From Chthoniobacteraceae bacterium (GTDB taxonomy: Bacteria > Verrucomicrobiota > Verrucomicrobiia > Chthoniobacterales > Chthoniobacteraceae): a stretch of 25,582 nucleotides of DNA. Below are positions 19,334-25,582 of this stretch, one piece after another. Under the pieces are notes generated by a model. It saw nothing but the letters and a program-made list of their open reading frames with translations, was not told the DNA's origin and made no database searches. The position numbers were made by a program, and so were the translations under genes. The stretch lies in the NCBI GenBank assembly GCA_031409335.1, contig JANNWY010000066.1, positions 1-25,582 of the forward strand, in the 5' to 3' direction. Each line of letters opens with the position of its first letter. The first letter of the stretch is position 1.

Positions 19334-20133
19334 ACAACCAAGCCAAACTCCTCCTCAATGCCTATCGCCCGGGCGGCGGCGATGCGACCGATCCCGCATT
19401 CGCGGAAGCACTCGCGCAAGCCCGGCAGGACCCGCAGCTCCGCACGTGGTTCGAAGACGTGCAGCAGTTCGATCAAGCCATCGCAGGCAAGCTGCGGGAG
19501 GTGGCGGTTCCGGCGAATTTGCGGAGCACGATCCTCGCTGGCGCGAAGTTCAGCGAGCCCCGGCGCTGGTGGCGGGGTTCGCGAATTTGGGCCGTGGCGG
19601 CAGTGATCGCAGTGTGCGCTTCGGCGTTCGCATTTTGGCTTGGGAAAGATTCGGGCCTCGATAGTTGGCAGACAGATTCGCTCGCGGTGCTGGAAGGGAT
19701 CGAAGCTGGAACGACCGATCTGGACATCGAGAATCCGCAGCCCGCGCATTTGATCGAATGGCTGCGCGCAAAGGCCGCGCCCGTTCCCGCGGCGGTGCCG
19801 AACGCGCTTGCGGCGCATCCGACTTTTGGCTGCAAGATGATCGACACGAACGGGCGCAAAGTTTCCCTCCTGTGTTTCAATCTCGGGGATCGAGAGCAGG
19901 CGCATCTTTTCACCACACCACGAGCGGGATTGAAGCTCGCGCCACCGGAACAGCACCCGATCTTTTCGCGCCATCGGAATTGGAATCTGGCGAGCTGGCG
20001 CAGCGGCGAAGACGTCCACATGCTGGCGACGGAGCTCGACGAAACGCGGTTGCGCGCGCTGCTGCCGGCGTCGATCGCGGCCCGCGTGCATTTTTCGCCC
20101 GTGCTCATCGGTGAAATTCTGCCGGTTCGTTAA
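19330..20133 (+). CDS. Putative single-pass membrane anti-sigma factor
   Basis: GTGA overlap with the ECF gene. Short cytoplasmic N-domain, one TM segment (IWAVAAVIAVCASAFAFWL), extracytoplasmic domain with a GC...LLC cysteine pair. Confidence 0.75.
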   Translation: MNNQAKLLLNAYRPGGGDATDPAFAEALAQARQDPQLRTWFEDVQQFDQAIAGKLREVAVPANLRSTILAGAKFSEPRRWWRGSRIWAVAAVIAVCASAFAFWLGKDSGLDSWQTDSLAVLEGIEAGTTDLDIENPQPAHLIEWLRAKAAPVPAAVPNALAAHPTFGCKMIDTNGRKVSLLCFNLGDREQAHLFTTPRAGLKLAPPEQHPIFSRHRNWNLASWRSGEDVHMLATELDETRLRALLPASIAARVHFSPVLIGEILPVR

Positions 20134-20178
20134 GCGCCGCACTCGCCAACGCAGCCAACAATTAGCGACTGTTCACCG

Positions 20179-22506
20179 ATGGCTTCATTCTATTCTCGCT
20201 ACACGCACTGGCTCCACACGCGCTGGCCAGCGGGTGGCGTGGAAAAACTGCCCGAGTGCGATGAGCACGGACGCACGAACCTTTCCGGCGTCCGCATCGT
20301 CGGCGATCTCACGGGCATCCCGCTGCTGAAATTTTCCGCCGACACCGGTGCGCGCGCGGTGCGCGAAATCGCGGACGAACTCGGCAAACCAGAAACCAGA
20401 AACCAGAAACCAGAAACGCACGACGTGGCGATCATCGGCGGTGGCGTCTCTGGCGTCGCGGCTGCGATGGAGGCGAAAAAGGCCGGGCTGAAATTCGTGC
20501 TGTTTGAAGCGACTCAGATTTTTTCCACGGTCGCAAATTTCCCGAAAGGAAAGCCGATCTACACGTATCCCACGGAGATGACGCCGGCGGGCGATCTTCA
20601 GTTCACCGCGGGGGTGAAAGAGGCGCTGCTCGATGAGATGGAAGCGCAGCGGCGCGCGGCGGGGATCGAGCCTGTGGCGGCGCGCATCGAGCGGCTGGAG
20701 CGCGCGGGCGATGAAATCACGCTGCATCACGCCGACAAGACGACGACCAAAGCGCGCCGCGTCATCGTCGCGATCGGACGCAGCGGAAATTTCCGCAAAC
20801 TCGGCTGCCGCGGCGAAGACCTGGCGAAAGTCTATAACCGGCTCCACGATCCCAAGGAATACGCGGGCAAAAATGTCCTCGTGGTCGGCGGCGGCGACAC
20901 CGCACTGGAGACGGCGATCGCACTCGGCGCATGCGGCGCGCACGTCACGCTCAGCTATCGCAAAAAGGAATTCTCGCGACCCAAGCCGGACAACATCGAG
21001 AAACTCCACGCGCTCGAAGCGAACGCCGATCATCCCGTGCAAATCGAGCGCCCCACCAGCGAGCGGGTCAGCACCGCGCTCACAACCGCGATGCAGAGCG
21101 CGACGCCGACCGGCTCGGTGAAACTGCTGCTCGGCTCCAGCGTCGAGAGCATCACCCAAGAAACCGCCACGCTGCGCGATGCCGGCGGCGAGCAAGTCCG
21201 GCTGATGAACGACGTCGTCTTCACCATGCTCGGACGCGAGGCTCCGCTCGATTTTTTCCGCCGCAGCGGGATCACCATCCGCGGCGAATGGACCGCGAAG
21301 ACATGGATCAGCTTCATCCTCTTCGGCGTTTTCTGCATCTGGCTTTACCACTGGAAAGCGCACAAAGGCCCGCTCGGCGAAATCGGCAAGGGCTTCGCTG
21401 AAACCGTCGCCGGACAACTGGCGAATGTGAGCGACGCCGCGCGCGATCCGAAGACGCTGCTCGGCGCGATCACGAACGCCGCGAAGCAATCCAGCTTCTA
21501 CTACTCGTTCGTCTATTGCGCGCTCATCGTCGTCTTCGGCATCAAGCGCATCGCCCGCCGCAAGACGCCTTACGTAAAGCTGCAAACGCTTTCGCTGATG
21601 GCATTCCAGCTACTACCGCTCTTCCTGTTGCCCTACATCATCCTGCCGTGGCTCGGTGCCAACGGCGCCTACGACCAAGGCTTTGGAAAATGGTTCGCCG
21701 ACCAGTTCTTTCCCATCCCGAGCTACAGCCCCGACCGCGAATACTGGCGCGCATTTGGCTTCGTCCTCGCCTGGCCGCTCTTCATCTGGAACCTCTTCAC
21801 CGACCACCCTACCGCTGGCTGGCTCATCCTGGGTTTGGTGCAGACCTTCGTCATCATCCCGCTCATCGTCTGGCGCTGGGGCAAAGGCGCCTATTGCGGA
21901 TGGATCTGCTCGTGCGGCGCGCTCGCCGAAACGCTCGGCGACACCCATCGCCACAAGATGCCGCATGGGCCGGGTGCCAACCGCTGGAACATGACCGGCC
22001 AAGTTATCCTCGCGATAGCCATGCTCTTGTTAGTGCTGCGTATTCTAGGCTGGGTCGGACTCGGCTTTGGCAATGGCATCTACTACGGCCTGCTGAATGG
22101 CTGGCCCGTCTTTAACTATGCCTACCTAGTCGATCTGTGGCTCGCCGGAGTCATGGGAGTCGCCGCGTATTTCTGGTTCAGCGGGCGCGTCTGGTGCCGC
22201 TTCGCCTGCCCGCTCGCCGCGCTCATGCACATCTACGCGCGCTTCTCGCGCTACCGGATTTTCGCGGAAAAAAAGAAATGCATCTCGTGCAACGTCTGCA
22301 CCAGCGTCTGCCACCAGGGCATCGACGTGATGAACTTCGCCAATAAAGGCATGGCCATGGAAGACCCCGAATGCGTCCGCTGCTCCGCCTGCGTGCAGCA
22401 ATGCCCCACCGGCGTCCTCAGCTTCGGCCGGCTCGGTGAGGATGGCATCCCCATCCTGGACAAGCTCGCGGCTTCACCCGTGCAGATGCGCGAGGCGAAG
22501 CGCTGA
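20179..22506 (+). CDS. TrxB/YpdA-like FAD/NAD(P)H oxidoreductase fused to a NapH/RdxA-like membrane 4Fe-4S domain (775 aa)
   Basis: DVAIIGGGVSG, VIVAIGRSG, VLVVGGGDTALE; several TM helices; YCGWICSCG, WCRFACP, CISCNVCTSVC, CVRCSACVQQCP. Confidence 0.88.
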   Translation: MASFYSRYTHWLHTRWPAGGVEKLPECDEHGRTNLSGVRIVGDLTGIPLLKFSADTGARAVREIADELGKPETRNQKPETHDVAIIGGGVSGVAAAMEAKKAGLKFVLFEATQIFSTVANFPKGKPIYTYPTEMTPAGDLQFTAGVKEALLDEMEAQRRAAGIEPVAARIERLERAGDEITLHHADKTTTKARRVIVAIGRSGNFRKLGCRGEDLAKVYNRLHDPKEYAGKNVLVVGGGDTALETAIALGACGAHVTLSYRKKEFSRPKPDNIEKLHALEANADHPVQIERPTSERVSTALTTAMQSATPTGSVKLLLGSSVESITQETATLRDAGGEQVRLMNDVVFTMLGREAPLDFFRRSGITIRGEWTAKTWISFILFGVFCIWLYHWKAHKGPLGEIGKGFAETVAGQLANVSDAARDPKTLLGAITNAAKQSSFYYSFVYCALIVVFGIKRIARRKTPYVKLQTLSLMAFQLLPLFLLPYIILPWLGANGAYDQGFGKWFADQFFPIPSYSPDREYWRAFGFVLAWPLFIWNLFTDHPTAGWLILGLVQTFVIIPLIVWRWGKGAYCGWICSCGALAETLGDTHRHKMPHGPGANRWNMTGQVILAIAMLLLVLRILGWVGLGFGNGIYYGLLNGWPVFNYAYLVDLWLAGVMGVAAYFWFSGRVWCRFACPLAALMHIYARFSRYRIFAEKKKCISCNVCTSVCHQGIDVMNFANKGMAMEDPECVRCSACVQQCPTGVLSFGRLGEDGIPILDKLAASPVQMREAKR
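20386..20417 (+). repeat. Intragenic heptamer tandem repeat (AAACCAG)x4 plus AAAC
   Basis: Perfect repeat read directly from the sequence; encodes KPETRNQKPET. Confidence 0.95.
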
Positions 22507-22516
22507 TCGGGAAAGC

Positions 22517-22632
22517 GGGATTGGACGGCCAATCTCGGCTATTCGAGAGCCAGTTGCGGAGGATTTGCAAGTCGCCCGGAAGGAGAGGGCGTTGATCTCT
22601 GCAACGTGCTCGGGATTTGCCGTCCCAATTCC
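22517..22632. repeat. Long imperfect inverted repeat (about 116 nt) downstream of the oxidoreductase
   Basis: Nested pairings GGATTG/CAATTCC, GACGGC/GCCGTC, AATCTCG/CGGGATT, GTTGCGGAG/CTCTGCAAC, CGCCC/GGGCG. Confidence 0.6.
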
Positions 22633-23376
22633 GAACCTCGGTTCAAATCATTTTGCTGCCCGCACTTGTTGACCGCATTTGTTTGACAACTCCCCCGCCG
22701 TCCGCCTGGACCCGGCATGCTCTTGCAGAGGGAAAAACTATGCTGAGCAATCACGTTGGTTTCCCCAGATCGGTCTTCCAGCCCGGCCTCGCCGGACTTC
22801 TCGCCGTTTTCCTGTCCGCGTTTTCTCCGCCCGAGCGCGGGACTGCGGTCGTCTCGACACGCGGTGGCATCAGCACCACATACGTCGCACTGGCACCGGC
22901 AATCAATGTCGTCTTCCGCTTCTAGGTCGTCGATCTCGCCGACACCACGCCGGGGCAGGACTTGTGGGAATACCGCTACCAAGGCAGCGGTCTCACGCTC
23001 ACCGCCGGGCAGGGCTTCACCATCTTCTTCGACCTCGGCCTCTACACGCTGCTGCAAAATTCCCCGCCGTTTGTGAATGCCGATTTCGATTTGCTCGTCG
23101 CGCAACCGGACCTCGCACTCAACTCGAACGGCTTCTACGACGCCCTCGCGTCGCGCGACAACCCGTCCTTCGCCGACCCCTTCAAACTGCGCTTCGTCTG
23201 GCTCGGCATCGGCGGCACCACACCCAGCGCGCAGCCTTACACGGTGTACAACGCCGATTTCTCCACGCAAAGCCAGGGCCAAATCACCAATGTCCCCGAG
23301 CCCTCCGTCCTCCCGCTGCTGCTTGCATCCGTTGCGGCATTCCTCTCGCGAAAGCGCAAACGCGTCCCCCCAACAA

Positions 23377-23523
23377 ACGCTGTCATTCCGAGCGGAGCGG
23401 AGCGCAATCGAGGAACCTCCCATCTCAGCGGGCAGCGGCGGTGCGGAGCCGATCCGCAGAACTTCCCGCCACCTCCGCCCGCGAAAGTCAGTAGTTCCTC
23501 GACTACACTCGGAATGACAGCGT
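23377..23523. mobile_element. 147-bp palindromic MITE/REP-like element inserted in frame
   Basis: Perfect 16-bp terminal inverted repeats ACGCTGTCATTCCGAG/CTCGGAATGACAGCGT plus inner TCGAGGAAC/GTTCCTCGA. Length is 49 codons with no stop in the host frame. Confidence 0.8.
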
Positions 23524-24080
23524 GGGGATTCGTCACCCTCTTCCTCCTCGTTTTCCTCCCATCCGCCTCCGCGGACCTCACCATCTCCGCCCCGGAGACC
23601 CTCTCCGAAACCCGCATCACCCGCACCGTCTGCGAGTATGTGATGCGCGCGAAGATCACCAACCCCGGCCCCGCCGCCGCCGCGATCAACGCCACCCTCA
23701 CCAGCAGTTCTCCGAAAACCGTCATCGTCCAGAACACCCTCACCTTCGGCAACGTCGGCGCACTCACCACCTCCGACAGCACCGGCACCTTCACCCTCCG
23801 CCACGACCGCACCGTTCCCTTCGATCCGACCAAGCTGCACTGGACGATCAAACAGCCCTTCATCGTCAGCGCCGCCACCCCCACCGCCGGTGCGAACGAA
23901 GTCGGCGTCACCTTCCTCCCGCAAGTCTTCTTCTCAAAGCCCGTCGATCCCGCGACGCTGAACGCGAACAACTTTTCCGCCAACGGCGCCGACGGCCAGA
24001 AACTCCACGCCACCATCCTCCCGGCCAACGACGCCACCTTCGCCTGGCTCTTCTTCACCGCACCCATGCCCGGTGCCTCG

Positions 24081-24108
24081 CAGGCCATTCGACAGGCTCA
24101 GGCCCTAC
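24081..24108. repeat. Half copy of the REP-like palindrome at a frameshift site
   Basis: TTCGACAGGCTCAGGCCCT resembles TTCGGCGGGCTCAGGGCCT at 13801. Removing these 28 bp joins PMPGAS to RVQVTVD in frame. Confidence 0.65.
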
Positions 24109-24807
24109 CGGGTGCAGGTCACCGTCGACGTCGCCACCATCCGGCTCGCGGGCGGCGCGGACCTGCTTGATGCCGCCAACAACGGCACCCCCGGCAGTAA
24201 GCTCACCAGCGACTTCAGCACCGTCAGCCTCGCCCCGCTCGCCAACACCACCGTCTGGGGCCGCATCGTCGATCCCGGCCCCGACCTGCTCCCCTCCACC
24301 GCCGACGACTCGCTGCCCGGCCCCGACGGCCTGCCCATGACCGAGGACGACATCCATCTGCTCCCCATCGTCGGCGTCAAGGTCTTCCTCATCGGCTTGG
24401 AAAACCGCGCCGTCTTCACCAGTGCCGTCGGCGAGAAGGCGGCGCACGGGAAAAGGGGCGGCAGGTAAATGGGCGAGCAGCTTCCAGATCGACGGCGTCT
24501 CTTCGGGAAATGTGAAAGTCGTCATCGATGGCCGCACCGCCACGACCCCGCCGGGACGGCTGCTACTTCCCCGAGACGGTCATGGATGCCACCATGCAGC
24601 CCGGCCTGAATAACTTCGTCATGAAAGGCATGGCGTCGATGGTTCTGCCCCGCATCCCGGCTTCCATCCTGCAAAACGTCAGCGCCAGCCAGACCGTCAC
24701 TGTCACGCTGAAACCGGAAGCCGCGTTCGATCCGCCGCCCGCGCAGCAGCCCTTCCTCACCGTTTGAGGATTCAAGGGCAAGGGGCGCAAACGAGGCGGA
24801 TGCTACC

Positions 24808-24836
24808 TTGACCAAACTCCCGGTCAGGCGAAGACT
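24808..24836 (+). promoter_or_regulatory. Putative TA promoter with overlapping operator
   Basis: TTGACC, 17 bp, AAGACT, then 7 bp to the ATG (possibly leaderless). Inverted repeat TGACC-N8-GGTCA at 24809-24826. Confidence 0.5.
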
Positions 24837-24843
24837 CCGAACC

Positions 24844-25110
24844 ATGAACGTGACGCTCGCTCCAGTCCTTGAAGAGTTCATCCAGCGCAAACTCGGCCAA
24901 GGTGCCTACGCCTCGGCCGATGAAGTCATCGCCGCGAGCCTGGCCATGATGCGTCTCGGAGAGAATGAGGAATGGAAAGCGGGCGCGCGGGAAAAAATCA
25001 TCGAAGGGCTCGAATCCGCCCGTGCCGGGCGTGTCCATGCGCCAGACGAGGTGACCGCGTGGATGGCGGAACAAAAGGCGGAGTGGCGCAGTCGCGGCGG
25101 CGGGCAATGA
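24844..25110 (+). CDS. ParD-like ribbon-helix-helix antitoxin (88 aa)
   Basis: MNVTL...EEFIQRKLGQGAYASADEVI pattern; IEGLESARAGRV; ATGA overlap with the toxin gene. Confidence 0.85.
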   Translation: MNVTLAPVLEEFIQRKLGQGAYASADEVIAASLAMMRLGENEEWKAGAREKIIEGLESARAGRVHAPDEVTAWMAEQKAEWRSRGGGQ

Positions 25111-25412
25111 ACGACTTTGTCCTGAGCGATGAGGCACGCTCGGACTTGTTCGAGGTCTGGGCATTCGTGGCAGGCGACAATCCTCCGGCAGCGGACAAGC
25201 TGGAGCGGGACATCATGCAAGCCTGCGCGCTGCTGGCGCGACGGCCCGACATCGGGCATCGCCGTCGCGATCTCTGCGCTGATGCCAGCGTGCGTTCTCA
25301 TACGGTGCGCGTCTGGTATCTCATCGTTTATGAAATCGGCACCGAGCCACTGCGCATCGTGCGCATCCTGCATGGCGCGCGGGATGTGGCGCGTGAGTTG
25401 GCGGATGACTGA
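25107..25412 (+). CDS. RelE/ParE-family toxin (101 aa)
   Basis: LSDEARSDLFEVWAFVAGDNPPAA...PDIGHRRRDL...YLIVY...IVRILHGARD. Confidence 0.9.
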   Translation: MNDFVLSDEARSDLFEVWAFVAGDNPPAADKLERDIMQACALLARRPDIGHRRRDLCADASVRSHTVRVWYLIVYEIGTEPLRIVRILHGARDVARELADD

Positions 25413-25444
25413 ACGGCGCGGATGAGAAAATACTCTCCTGCCCC

Positions 25445-25582
25445 GAATGGCATTAAGTTAAGCGTCCTTTTGGATAAGTATGCGTGGCCGGTTTCGATGG
25501 GGTGGAACACGCATCTCCGCTCTTGGCTTGGTTAGTAAGTGATAGTTCTTCGCGCGGCGCTTCTTTGCGCGCGGTTCGCTGC
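25445..25582 (-). mobile_element. Right end of a probable IS4-family insertion sequence: transposase C-terminus (stop at 25458-25460) and terminal inverted repeat
   Basis: Minus frame entering from the window edge reads SEPRAKKRRAKNYHLLTKPRAEMRVPPHRNRPRILIQKDA*, resembling the EPRAxKRRxKxYxLLTKPR tail of IS4-type transposases. The stop lies inside CTTAACTTAATGCCATTC, an IS4-like end. Not in the ORF track. Confidence 0.7.

Larger units (their letters stand above)
22740..24767 (+). pseudogene. Decayed surface-protein gene(s): PEP-CTERM protein in frame with a secreted Ig-like/beta-rich protein
   Basis: ATG 22740 with a hydrophobic leader; in-frame TAG at 22923; VPEPS-TM-RKRKR at 23292-23363. 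Protein-like sequence continues across frame changes near 24081-24108, 24433-24478 and about 24555, and ends at TGA 24767. Confidence 0.72.

Noticed and set aside
22683..22712. TTGACA upstream of the pseudogene as a sigma70 promoter
   Set aside because: No credible -10 hexamer at 16-18 bp spacing.
22923..22925. In-frame TAG as programmed read-through (pyrrolysine or recoding)
   Set aside because: TAG serves as a normal stop elsewhere in the window (7997, 14087), and the same gene has several other lesions, so a nonsense mutation is simpler.

Overview
High-GC bacterial window, most likely Verrucomicrobiota/PVC (inferred from a DUF5069-like gene, a PVC-type heme-c protein and a PEP-CTERM sorting signal). 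Left to right: the tail of one phosphate module (partial pstB, phoU); a phased Pho-box-like array; a second pst operon (phoU fused to an ArsC/LMW-PTP-like domain, pstS, pstC, pstA and two tandem pstB-like ATPases); on the minus strand an SDR, an APC permease, a PAS/GAF hybrid histidine kinase, a DUF5069-like protein, a large heme-c/beta-propeller protein and rplM-rpsI; an ECF sigma/anti-sigma pair; an FAD/NAD(P)H oxidoreductase fused to a membrane polyferredoxin domain; a decayed PEP-CTERM/Ig-like surface-protein gene; a ParDE-type toxin-antitoxin pair; and the right end of a probable IS4-family element at the window edge. The most notable observations are (1) the second pst operon, with a catalytically dead phosphatase-fold domain on PhoU and two ATPases whose degenerate motifs complement each other, predicting an asymmetric heterodimer; (2) a repeat-containing spacer between pstC and pstA that carries a 51-codon ORF with ATGA overlaps at both ends; (3) an apparently circularly permuted flavin reductase with a heptamer repeat in its linker; and (4) an internal PEP-CTERM signal followed in frame by a second signal peptide. 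All family calls are by-eye motif recognition; no database searches were run.
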